Shown here: positions 29,101 through 41,399 of the stretch, piece after piece | Position numbering within the stretch: the stretch's first letter is position 1 | Layout: the number at the start of each line of letters is the position of its first letter | Source: Blasia pusilla | Lineage: Eukaryota | DNA: 64,000 nt | Assembly: GCA_050084515.1 (NCBI GenBank) | Contig: CM114271.1 | Span: 44,826,001 to 44,890,000, forward strand | Direction of reading: 5' to 3' | Translations under genes and position numbers: made by a program | Notes under the pieces: generated by a model | The model's database searches: none | Told to the model about the DNA's origin: nothing | The model's input: only the letters and a program-made list of their open reading frames with translations

Positions 29101-31217
29101 TCATTTGTCATCATTGGTTGATGACAAAACTATATGACAGAATCCAAGTGACGGACAGAGCCCCCGTAGTAACCAACCGTGCAACCATGTAAGGTAGCCT
29201 ACCCACGATAAAGAACGCACGTACGTTGTGCCTTGTCGGACCCAACCACTTGTAACCACGATTGCTTCCAGGCAGAGTAGGAAGTGTAGATGCAGTAGAC
29301 GCGGTGACTATAGGAACGACCATCACGGCGGCTGCAGACAGAATGCGACAAAGGGTTGCAAGCCACAAAGCAACGGATGGCGGGACTATGGCAAGACATA
29401 GTCCCCCGATTGCATTGCAAACTGCGGCACAAACGTGGTAGGTCACGCCAGAGCCACATCGGAGCAGTTGCCGCTTATGCGGGCTGACTGAGCGACTGAG
29501 AGTAAGGTTGAATGCGGTCGGTCAACAGTCGACAAATCTGGAAAATAGTCGTAGCTCCAGATAGCAACAATCCGTGCTAGTGGTGGGTGGCGTAAGATCC
29601 GTGGCGGCTGCAGTGAGGAAGTAGCCGTGTCAGCGGGTTGTTAGCAATAGACGGGGCGGATGTGGCGTTGAGGGCAGGCCGTGGCAAATCGGGGACAAGC
29701 AGGGCGGTAGTCGAGCAAGCACGGACTCCGGAAGGTCAAAGGCCGACAAAAAATCGCAAAGTCGGAGCGCGTGAGGGTAAAGACCCAACATCAATATTAG
29801 CTACTCCCGGAGTCGAGAAGGTCATCAGCTGGACGGCGATTGAAGCAACAGGCGGAAAATCCCGTAGCGGCGGTCGTGGCATGGTAGTGTGAAGAAAGGG
29901 TAGGCCTAACGGGACGCAATAGGGAGGGCACCCTCCCCCCTTTTCTTGTCATCTTACTCAAATAAATCCTGGGAAAATTGGGTCTACTCCCTAAATCTTT
30001 CCCAATTTTGGCTTCAACTCACACTCTTCACAAAAAAATAGGGTCAAATCCCCTGATAAACAATTTTCACCCCAACTTCTACCTCAAAGGACATGTGCCC
30101 TTGTCTTATCCACATAAGTAAAAGGAATTTTTTTCCCACTTCTCAAAAATATTTCTACCCAGGGATTTTAGAAATTTCACTCACACCTTCCAATAGTGGC
30201 GATGGTAGCCACACGAGAACTATTGTAACTTATTTCTCATAAAATGAAATTGTGCACCATTTCTTCCACAAAATACACAGCTTCTTGATCTAAAAATTTG
30301 TCAAAGCGATTTCTCCATATGATCTTCCACCAAAAATTGAATGGAATTTTTATGCACCCCACTGTCTCTTTCTCCTACGCAAATTTTGGCAACGCTTCCG
30401 CGCTGATTTCTCCCAAGGAAAACTTCACACGTGTAAAATCAGCACTCAGAGGGGCACATGGTGTTGCCGAGAGCACCGACATGGGGACATTCGCCCTCAT
30501 CCTCAATATCTAATGAAAATTGGGTAGCGCTTCTGCGTGCAATTATTCCCTACAGAAATTAGCACTGAAAAATAGCAAACTCGAGCGGCTCTTGCTCCGG
30601 CGAGCACTCCCATGAGCTGCTGAATGGGGAACATGGTCCCCAACCTGGACATCAACGAGTGACTAGGAAGCTCCTCCATTGAAGCTCTCTCACTCTCTCA
30701 TTCTCTCTTTGATCAAGGAAATCTCTCTCAACATCTCACACCAAACTCTCAATGGTATGCACTCTCTCTTGTGTTGAACCAAACCCACTCTCCTAATGAG
30801 AGGCTTGGGTTACACACACAAGGCAAGGGGGACCATAGCTCCTCCGCCTCATGCCAAGAGGATCAACAAAGAGAGAATGAGCTGTGAAGCTCTCGCTCTT
30901 GGAGGTATACTCCCTTCCCTCTCCGAAGCTCTCTCCTCGGTAACTTATGCTTGCAAGTCACCTCCTTTGCTCTTGACCTGCTGTAGCAGGTAAAGGGTCA
31001 CTAACCAAAGTAGAAAGTCAACTATACTCCAAATGGTAACTTATCCAAAATAGTAAGTTTATCTATATGGCTCCAAATTAGTTGAAACGAACAGGAGACC
31101 TGCTCTCTTAGGTTACCCGTGGCCTCAACAGGTCATCCTCGATCTCCTGAGGCTGTCCTCCAATATCTCCAAAGATGCTCTATTAGATCTCTCTGATCTA
31201 TCCTAAAAGTCGTGAGA
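26156..31217 (-). mobile_element. Family-1 split-repeat element with internal deletion (A1, 5' region, gag, A2, B2)
   Basis: A1 ~30712-31217. Gag 26773-28440 matches 35770-37484. Deletion junction at 26772/26773. A2 ~26284-26772 lacks its first ~14 bp. B2 26156-26283 ends GCACGACA. Confidence 0.85.
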
Positions 31218-31249
31218 AGCCTTATGGCGATATGCATATGCAATGTTAC

Positions 31250-33100
31250 CTTTAGATATGAAGTTCAAGGAAATGAAATTCGTTAGTTTTTTGGTCTTTT
31301 AGAATATAAATGGCAAGGAAATATTGTAGGACTAGGCCGAATCTGAGTGATGTTGGAAGGATTTATGCCCATGATGAAAAGATTTGGCTTGGAGGAAAGG
31401 AGGCAACTAGAGTATCATGGTAGAAGAAGTTGAGATGTCCATTTAACAAGTGCAAGGGAATTAAGCTAAGATTCTTGCACATCATTAAAAAATAGAGGTA
31501 TCCTCCAAAACATATTCATGCAAGCCATGTTGAATATGATTCATCATATGGGGAGTGGAAATCAAGAGGTAACCACCATGACACAAGTATCGGATGTTAT
31601 ATTTGATATAAATCTCCCTTTTAGTGATCCTCCTCTATAAATAGATGAGAGATCTTTCTTCCATAGGATGATAATAAGGCCTTCCATACCTTTGGCAGAG
31701 TACATGTACAAGTCCTAGATTCTTCAACAATAAATCAACCTAATTCCTTATGTGAGGATAAAGACCAAGTGCCATTTGAGATGGGAATAGATATCAATGA
31801 AATGGTAGGCATAGAGGAGTGGGTTGCTCGATCAGATGCATCGAAAGATTTTTTCAACCTTTCTTTGCAAGTTGTATCATTAGTAAACTCATATTCATTC
31901 ATTTTTTTTACATATATGTGGTCCTCATAATTTTCCCAACAAAGCCGTAGATGAAATCCTCAAGGTTTTAGCCCTCCAAGTCTTGCCTAGCATGCAAGAA
32001 TGTGGTTCCAAGAAACCACTATGCTACAAAATTGATAACTAACTTGGGATTGAATTACATACGAATCCATGCACTGTTGCCCCAACATTTGTATGCTCTC
32101 CAAAAAGGTGGATAAGCACTTGTTGAATTGCTCAAGGTGCAAATCCCCTTGATATAAAGTTTAAGGGAAGATTAGGATTGCTCTAAAAGTTCATAGGCAT
32201 TTTCCAGTCATACCTCAACTTATATGTATATATAGATATAAATCTATTATTTAAATATTGAAATTGACATCATAGAATAAGAGTAGTGATGGGACGATGC
32301 TTTATACTAGAGTCTCTCGCCAATGGAAAGATATAGACTAGAGTTGATGAGATTTCATGAATGAGCCACAAAATCATTGGTTGGGACTCGCATTAGTTAG
32401 ATGGAGTAAACCCATCTAGTGACAAGAATTTTGAAGAAGGTGACCTATAACCTTCCACCATTGTTGTGTACAAAGAAGTTCTTACTCCAATTAGCTCTTA
32501 TTATTCATAGGAAGACGTCAATCACTTCTCGTAACTTAAATGTTTACCTAGCTTCACTTAAAAATTAAATGAGTTAAATATGCGTAGGAAAGGAGTTTTT
32601 GCATATGATAGTTCTCTTCGTGAAGGAAAGGAGAAGTTCTTCCTTAGAGCCATGATTATATGGACTATCAACGACTAACCATGGTTATGTTGGCTTTTTG
32701 TGAGATATTGTAGTCTTGGATTATGGCCACTTAGAGAAACAGATTATCTTGATAAGGGGAAAGTGGGTTCAATCTAGAAGATAAGCCAAGATGGAGCAAG
32801 TTCATGAAAAAGCATGCCAAATCGAGGAGGATAAAGGGAGAGGGGATAGAGCACTCGAAATTTTTTTCACATAGAACCCATATCATTGGATCCTCAAAGG
32901 CACATAAATAGTCGAGTTTCAAATGTAAGATTCATTAGGGGAATTAAAGTATCAGATGTTGTAATAGCAACAACAAATATGCATTATGCTATTGAAAACT
33001 TAGAGGGGAATATGAAGGATTGTGCCATGCTCATACATCTGAAGAGGAGATATATGGAGCAAAATAGCTTAGAGGATAAAGATTATATGTAATTTCAATC
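31250..33100 (+). pseudogene. CACTA/EnSpm transposase remnant
   Basis: RHFPVIPQL, ESRQWKDID, GLAL..DGVNP, YNLPPLLCTKKF and FFLRAMIIWTIND motifs typical of the Tnp2 domain, with many disablements. Confidence 0.65.
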
Positions 33101-33679
33101 TATTAAATTTTACATTTTCCAAGTAGAACAACAAGGTTGATGATATATTACACATTATTTAAAAACAAGTTTAAGATTGTATAAACTTAAAGTTTCTTAA
33201 TTATTTGGTTTGCACTTGGATCCTTTTTTGGCTCAATGTTATCACATCCTTTTCAAAACCAATTTGATAGAGAAGTATTTGCAAGTTCATGTTATATGTA
33301 GTTTTATTCGAGCTCCACTTTTGTTAGTGGTTGAATGATCATGCCATCCAAGTGGAGTAGAGACTCAGAGACAAATGATTAAACCCCCGTGTAGATGAAC
33401 TTAAGAATTGATTCAATATATACCATCAACTATACAAGGAGCATGTTGCTAGTATGATGAAGACGCCAAGAAATTTTCATGATAGAGTTTCAGTGAGCTT
33501 CTAAAGGCTTGGATGCCTACTCATCTCTTGGACTCTTCATTTATTTTTTGGTCTGATTTTTACAGGTATTAAAATTTTCTTTGTTGTAATGGTGTTGTAT
33601 ACATCCAACATTCCAAGCTCTATGTGGAATTTTATATTAGTTGTGAGAAAACAAAATGTGACGTAAATACTCAAATATG

Positions 33680-34239
33680 TGTCACGTCCTTTAGGATAGA
33701 TCGGTGAGATCTAGTAGAGCGTCTTCAAGAGTAGTGGAGGACAGGTCGAGGATGACTTGCTGAGGCCCCTAGAGGCAGGTCATCCCCTTCGTTTTGGCTC
33801 CGGGAGGTAGGTCATCCCCTTCGTTTTGCTGCTGAGGCCCCGGGAGGCAGGTCATCCCCTTCGTTTTGGCTCATTTGGAGCCATATTGAGGAACTTACTA
33901 TTTTAGGTAAGTACCATTTTGAGTATATGATCGACTTTATATTTTTGGTAAGTGGCCCTTGACCTCCTACATCACGTCAAGAGCCAAAGAGGTGACTTGG
34001 GAGAATAGGTTACCATGGAGAGAGCTTGGGAGAAGGGAGGGGTATATATCCCAAGGAGAGAGAGCTTGAGAGCTCATTCTCTCTTTGTTGAACCTCTTGG
34101 CATGAGGCGGTAGAGCTATGGTCCCTTGCCTTGTGAGTATAACCCAAGCCTCTCATTAGGAGAGTGGGTTTGGTTTGACATGAGAGAGAGTGCACACCTT
34201 TGGGAGCTATGGTGTGAGATTGTGTAGAGAGCGATTGGA
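33680..34239 (+). repeat. Split direct repeat A1
   Basis: Near-identical to 43064-43584, apart from a rearranged block at 33745-33860. Not followed by B. Confidence 0.92.
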
Positions 34240-35907
34240 TCTTACTTTACAAAGAGAGAATGCGAGAATGAGAGAGTGAGAGAGCTTCATGGGGGAACTC
34301 GCTGGTCAATCGTTGTTTTTGCAGGTTGGGGACCATGTTCCCCATTCAACTGCTCATGGGAGTGCTCATCGGAGCAAGGGTTGCTTGGATTGTTCTTTGC
34401 ATTTGCCGAGTTTTCGTGTGGAAGAGTGGCGCGCGGAAGCGCTGCCCAATTTTTGATAGTGATTGAGTATGGGGGCGGGTTGCCCCATGCCGGTGCTTTT
34501 GGGAGCACCATGTTGCTTTCTGATTTGCATTTTTATAGGTTTTACATTTTTTTTGGGAGGAATTAGCACGGAAGCGTTGCCGAATATTGGGTAGAAGAAA
34601 GAGACATTGGGCTTTACGACAGTTCCCGTCAATTTTACTCAAATGTCCAATTCCAAATGTTTTTTGATGCAGGTGTAGATCGTGAAGCTGTGCACGCTGT
34701 GCAATAACCAGTGCGCAATTTGGAGTTGCGAGCAAAAAGTTATGGTTAATCTTGAAAAACTGTCATTGCTAGGAGATTTGTATGGTTAAATTGTGCAAAC
34801 CCTAAACCAACCGCCACACCGGCGGCGGCCGTCGCCGTTATAGTCACCGTCAACCATCAACGGTCAACTTTCACCGTCCATGGTCAACCGTCACCAGCGA
34901 CGGTCAACTGTCATTGTCAATGGTCCACCGTCCATTGTCCACCCTTGGTTGCCATTGCCGCCGTTAAGGAGTGGAGGGTCTTCCACAACGTTCGTTGATT
35001 CTCGGACTTGCGTCGCCATCACGTACTTTGTTTTGGCCGCCACCGTCATCAACTTGTGATGGCATATGACCTCCTGTTATAGTGTTTGAGTTTTGATATC
35101 CTGGTGCTTGTTGTGATTGGTAGCCGCTCAACGACGATCAGGTACCGTGCCGTGACGCCCGTAGCTGCAACGCGCCGCCGATTGCCATGTCGTGCCGCTC
35201 GTGGCCGCACCGCACCATCTTGATTGCGGAGCCGCTCTGGCATTGTGGAGCAGAGTGTGGGTTTATTTTTGATTGAGGAGGGTATGCCGCCGAGTGCCGC
35301 ATCCCATCATCGAGGGTCGTGCCGTTCGTAGCCGTTCCGTGCCGCCGCAACGCCGCACCGTTCCGTTGGAACTGCACCGTCTATCGAGGAGTTTTGAGCA
35401 ACATCGGTATGGGAGGAGTATCACTTGCTGATTGGAGGAGTTGTCTCCACGACCGAGTTGGGGTCGAGATTCGCAGTTGTTGAGGAGCGACATCGACATG
35501 TGTTCAAGTTACCCATTATGGTCCTTTACCTTGCACGTGTAAGGGATTATGGGATTTGGGTAGTTTATTTGGGGATATTGGGTGTGTGAATGGTGAGAGC
35601 ATCATTTATGTATGTGATTTAGGGGACATAGACCTGTGTGGGATATCCGGAGTTGAGGGTAGGTTGTCGATGAGATGATAGCCTGGTCGATTTGCCGCAC
35701 CACGCCGCTTATTGCCGCACGTTACATCTCGGGGAGGGAGAGTGAAGATCGAGTGCCGCATGTTTGGGATGAGTGATTGAGGGATTACTCGCGAGGCAAG
35801 AGTGATCGGGTGAGAAGGGAACGAGGGTCATCACGGCATCCATTCGGGACTTTGAGAGGCGAGGTGGTGAACCCGACAGTAGCTCTAGAGGTTTTACGGG
35901 GAGTGGC

Positions 35908-37100
35908 GTGAGGTTCCGAGGGTCTTCACTTCAGGGACCACCTCGACCTCCTTCTGTGTCATCGTCAGACAAGGGGGAGGGTGTAGAGGAATTTGTGAGC
36001 ACATCGCCACACAATGTGAGTGGTCCTACTTGTTGGGCGTACGATATGGACGACCGAGGTAGAGGACCGCGTATTTTTTCAGGTGTAGTAGGTACGATTG
36101 AGTTCACAATTTCATAGCAGAGTTTAGGAGTTGGTGCGACTCCCAGCAGGCCATGAACTCTAGAGAGTTCAACACGTTTACAACATGGAACGGTATGTTC
36201 CAGCATTTAGAGGGGGCACCCATGGACGATTACCATGAGTTCTCCCACAGATATGCCCAGGAGATTGAGGCATGGCGACTCTGCTACGACCCCCACTATG
36301 TGTCATGGACGGAGCCGTTCCCAGATGAGGAGGAGGAGTCATGAGAGGCTACTTCCTCTTCCACTAGTGATGTTTTAGGAGGGGTCATTCGCACTGGAGC
36401 AGTTGCACCGTCTAGTCGGGTTCGTCCCAGGTTCAACCCTGTGGTTGAGTTCTTTGCTGAGTTGAGGGCGAGCTACCAAGGGGTATGGACAGAAAAGTTG
36501 CGGAGCATCCACAACTTCCAGAGGCGCACGGGTGAGAGTTTACGTGAGGCTTACACTCGCTTGCGCCGGTTGATCAACGTTACTCAGGGGGTGACGGAGG
36601 CTAAGGTTATCCAGTCATGGTACGCGATGCGGGACGAGACTCTACGACCACGGGTGCGGGAGGGGGTGCTTCTTATGAACATCTCCCCTACGTTGAGAGA
36701 TGTTTTTAGGACCGCCGAGAACATTAAGCGCAACATGGAGGAGGAGAGCGTAGCCACCATGGGTTCTAAGCAAGAGCAATCGCGATTGGCTCGCACCACG
36801 TGTGCAGCAACGTGGACTCCGAGATAGGTCAAGTGTGGCACCACGAGCTCAGGGAGGATACCGGGAGCCCGTGGCACAGAGACATGCGCCTTCATATGCG
36901 GCTCAACAGAAGCCGCCTACTATTACTTGTTGGCCATGTGGAAGAGCCCATCATCAGCGCCATTGCACTCGTCAGGGTCATGGACGTATGCCTCAGCATG
37001 GAGGAGGAGATGGTGCTCCACCAGGAGGTTATCAGTGTGACTATTGTTAGAGGTATGGTCATACACGCACCAAGTGTTTACGTTTACATCCTGAGTTACG
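35908..37100 (+). pseudogene. gag: gag (capsid-like region and two zinc knuckles)
   Basis: FQRRTGESLREAYTRLRRLI retrotransposon-gag motif. Knuckles CWPCGRAHHQRHC and CDYC*RYGHTRTKC. Stops and frameshifts present, true start uncertain. Confidence 0.8.
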
Positions 37101-37959
37101 TTCAGACCGAGGGCCAGAGAGGGCACCAGAGTGAGTAGCCGGTCCGGGTGGGCCTAGAGATCATGCACCAGGTGGTCCCGTTGGGGGACGAGGAGCTCGA
37201 GTTGCCCGATAGGGTGGTGGAGCTGCTTGTGGAGGAGGTAGAGTACCACCACCTAGATGCGCCGAGGGAGACGTTGGACGTGAGGTTGGGATGGCTGCTC
37301 AGATATAGCAGCTACAGGAGCAGATTGCCGCTATGGCATTGAGGTTACCTGATGCCAGATCCGTGGCATCGACATCATATGGAGCAGCTAGAGATCTGGA
37401 GGATCCTGGTTGGATGTCCGGGGCTGCCTAGATGGAGGCCGCCGCTATTGTGACGCGTGGAGCAGCCGTAGAGTTGGATCCACAACGAGAAGCCAGAAAA
37501 CAGACTAGGCTTCCTCAATCTTTCACGTTGTCCAAAGCGATGAGGATCCCATCGATGGGTCCTCATCAAAGTTCCTAGAGAGTTGGTGATGTTGTTGGTG
37601 TGCAGGCACGGAGGGCGATGGGAGAAGCGAGTGCAACGACTCCTATTGTTGATGCTCATGAGGGGCATCTGTCGAGCACATTGTTGGGGGCGGCCACCGT
37701 TGTGTACCGCACTCCTTTATTTTCTGCTTCGGATGTTATGACGTTGGGGGGTACGCCCGCCGAGGCATTTTGGCTGGCCGCGTTGCTATGTGAGCGCAGA
37801 GTTGGAGTTCTTGCATCACGTTCAGAGGTGATTGTAGAGGAGGTGATGGACCTGCCCTTGGAGCGGATGCTCGGACCGTCCACGTCAGATTCATGGCAAG
37901 CTGCGGCTGCTAGAATGGCGGAGATGCCCGCTAGACCCGCGATAGAGTATGCCATGGCT

Positions 37960-38376
37960 TCTCCTAGTGTTGTGTTGCTGGATAACCAAGGAGAGGTCTT
38001 CCAATTGGTGAGTCTTGGAGGAAGAGCTTTTAGTCCGCAACGCGTCTTGTTGGATTCAGGAGCGCAACCCCTGATGTTGGGAAAAGCGTCATTCAGAGGA
38101 TTGGGCTTGACGAGAGCCGATGTGGAGCGTTGTCCATTCCGGATACAGACATCCTTGGGTGGAGCGAATACCACACAGTATATCACCCAACAAGAGGTCA
38201 TGGTGAGGATTTGCCCGGGACATCCTACTGATGAGTCTGTGGTGCGCGCCAAGGCGATAGTGACTGATACAGAGTCCTACGACGTCTTGGTTGGTGAAGG
38301 AGTGTTATACCCGATGGGGTTTTCCCTGGATAACTGGGAGGAGTGCGTCCTACAGACCAAGATAGCAGTCAGGTGA
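37960..38376 (+). pseudogene. Retropepsin aspartic protease domain
   Basis: RVLLDSGAQPLMLG catalytic motif and C-terminal YDVLVG. Confidence 0.85.
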
Positions 38377-38761
38377 TGGGCGCCTTAGCTCATTATCCGT
38401 TCGATTCACAGGTGCAGTGATTGAGCAACGGCCAGGAGAGATGGCGACCTTAGCAGCATTTAGCAGTGCCATCACTTGGCCTAGTGATTTGATTGAGGGA
38501 CATGTCCATGCAGAGGATACTCCCGTTCCTAACATTTCTATGGAGAGGAGTGTTATGGTAGGTGCATCATTCCGTTGAGGAGAGGTGCCAATGTGGGGCT
38601 CGACTGAGGAGCTTCGACGATTGGCAGATGAGCACATGCAGACCGCGTGGAGCGAGGCATTTGCACCGGAGCGTGACGGGTTTGAGAAACCTGAGGTAGC
38701 AGGGAGTGGTATGATGACACCCTTGGATACCACACCCATTGTGTGGTGTACCCCGGAGGAG

Positions 38762-39380
38762 GGTATTTGAGTGTTAGATCTCTTTGGAGGGATTGGCACT
38801 GGGTTAGCTGCTGTTTTGTAGGCAGGAGTGCGAGTACAACAGTATCTGTATGTATAGGAGAGTGATGATGTTGCAAGGCGCGTCTCACTACGACATGTGG
38901 CGCGATTACGCCTACGTTTTCCCGACTCATTATGCAAGGTCAGCGATCTGAATACCGAGTTCCTTCCGAGGGATATTTCGTTGTTGGGGGCGCAGGACTT
39001 AGAGCGGGTAGGGACCGTTGATTTGGTCATTGCCGGTTGGCCATGTCAAGGCCAATCGAGTGTTGAACGAGGCATGGGTTGGCGGACACTCGGTCCATGT
39101 TGTTTTGGGAGATGTTGAGGGTCTTACGTCAGTTGCAGGAGTACCAGTCTCATTCTCCAACCGACATTGTGGAGAATGTGCCGATCTTAGGAGACTCCCG
39201 GTCACGGGTGGTGACAAGTGTTCATCAAGTGCGTGCCTAGATCGGCCCAACAGTGTTCTTGGGTGCGGCGAGTGTAGGATTCTTGGATGCGGCAAGAAAT
39301 GACGTCGTGATGCCTCTTGGGTCAGGCGATGGACCTGAACTGCTTGACATGGATCCTCAGCTTGGGAGTGGCTGAGCAGC
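38762..39380 (+). pseudogene. DNMT3-like C5-cytosine DNA methyltransferase domain within pol (disabled in this copy)
   Basis: Motif I GI*VLDLFGGIGTGL (38762-), motif IV DLVIAGWPCQGQS (PC at 39041-39046), GLADTRSMLFWEMLRVL, motif VI IVENV (ENV 39172-39180), motif X-like LLGQAMD (39314-). Confidence 0.9.
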
Positions 39381-39688
39381 GTCGTATGAGATCGCAACAG
39401 CTCATAGCGGTTGCGTTGGTGAGCCCCATGCCTACCGAGACGGTGGAGGTAGTGGCTGGGGGCGACACCCGAGGAGATCGGGAGAGACACCCTTGGACTT
39501 CTTGGGAATTTTTGCAAGTACGCAAGGAGATGATAGCCACAACATTGAGCGTGGTTTCGGGCATTGCACGTGGAGGAGATAAGAGTTTGCAGTTGGCTGC
39601 AAGAGAGCGGCTGAGTGTTGTTGTTCGAGACGGGGTTGCACCATAGCAACCAGCGATACCGCGACCGGAGAGTCCTACCGTAGTCACG

Positions 39689-41110
39689 ATGGAGACTTGG
39701 GAGCCATATATGGGCCCTAAGTTGACAGGAGAAGAGCGGCGCCGAATACATCAATTCCTCAAGAGTTATAGGAGCTGCTTTGCGTTTAGCATGGAGGATT
39801 TGGATACGCTGAAGGGACCGGGGATCCGCATTGAGTTGTCGAGTGATACGCCAATCTTCCGACGACCCTACAGGTACAGTGATATGGAGAGGGCTCTGAT
39901 TCAGAGTAGGAGCCAAGACTTGGTCAGAGCAGGACTAGTGGAGATGTCGCATGGACAGTATGCATCTGCCATTGTAATGCCCGCCAAGAAGGATGTGCAT
40001 GACAATTGGACGGATAGGCGGATGTGTGGGGATTACCGACCTATCAATCGGCAGACGAAGTCCGATAGGTATGCCATGCCCACCCCTGAGGAGATCTTTG
40101 ATGCGATTGGTCATGCAAAGGTCTTTAGTTCATTGATTTTTGAAGTCGGATACCATCAACTACCTATCGATTGGAGGACAAAGTAAGACGGCATTTTGGG
40201 GCATCGATCCTCACGGGAAGGATTGTTTGTACCAGTGGCGGTTCTTACCATTTGGGTTAAAGAACGCCCCGGCTGAGTTTCAGAGGGTCATGGATAGGAT
40301 CTTGGCTGGTCTGGATTTTGCTAAGTGTTATATTGATGACATCGTAGTCTTTACCGCCACGGTTGAGGATCATGAGCGACATAAAGAGGAGGTGTTTCGA
40401 CGATTGCAATTACATGGGCTGAAGCTACATCTAGGCAAGTGCAAGTTCTTCTACGACCAGATTGAGTACTTGGGTCATACGATATACCCAGGGGGCCTTG
40501 GTGTTCAGCAAATGAAGGTAGAGGCTATCTCACGCATTCCACGCCCTATAGATGTGAGCCGGGTTCGCGCATTCATGGGATTGGCGAACTTCTATCGGCA
40601 ATACGTAAAGGGATTCGGTTTGATTGCGAAGCCAATGACCTTGCTGACCAAGGTGGATCACGAGTGGCACTGGGGGGATGAGCAGGAGCAAGCATTTCAG
40701 TTGCTCAAGGACATGTTGACGTCTGTGCCCATCTTGAGGAGACCAATCAGGGGGCGTCCTTTCCAATTGCACACAGATTGGAGCATGTTGGGGCTTGCAG
40801 CGGTGCTCACCCAACATGATAATGATAGTAGAGAGTTCGTGGTGGCTTACGCTAGCCGCTCGAACAACGCTGCAGAGGCAAAGTATAGCTCGTATGAGGG
40901 TGAGTGCTTGCTGCGGTGTGGATTGTTGCATATTTCAGGTGTTACTTATTCGGCAACCCCTTGACCATCACCACTGAAGTGGTTGATGGAGTCCGACAAG
41001 CTTACAGGGAAGCTTGTGAGATGGGCTCTGTTGTTGCAGGAGTATGATTTTCAGGTGGTACATAGACCTGGGACGCTCAACCAAGATGCAGATGGGTTGA
41101 GTCGTAAACC
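39689..41110 (+). pseudogene. pol: Reverse transcriptase and RNase H (Ty3/Gypsy type)
   Basis: RMCGDYRPIN, LPFGLKNAPAEFQR, YIDD (40329-40340), LHTDWS, AYASR, YSSYEGE, NQDADGLSR. A few frameshifts. Confidence 0.95.
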
Positions 41111-41399
41111 ATGTTCGAGTCAGCGAGATGCGACTGGAGCTCGATGGCATGGAGAGAGTGATAAGGAGTCGGTGCTAGGATGGCACGCGTCAGCCTATTT
41201 AGGCATGTTGGCTTTGGAGAGCCAGAGTGTGGAGACTTCGATGGCGAGTCCTAATGGAGAGTCCTTAGATCCCGAGGCCAGTGAGGAGACGACAGGTGGC
41301 TGAGATATTCATGATGATGGAGTAGTCTTGGAGTACCTTCATGATCGGCAGCGTTTAGCAATCTTTGAGGTGCTAGAGAGCGAGATCGGATCCTACAGC

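Noticed and set aside
26152-31221. TSD for the minus-strand family-1 copy
   Set aside because: Flanks AGTG and AGCC match at only 2 of 4 positions, so it was not counted.
38762-39380. Bacterial contamination or restriction-modification gene
   Set aside because: The domain is continuous with the protease and RT, has decayed like its neighbours, and recurs as stubs in two other element copies.
37656-39916. Long minus-strand ORFs (198, 226 and 305 aa)
   Set aside because: Antisense shadows of the GC-rich pol region with no recognisable motifs.
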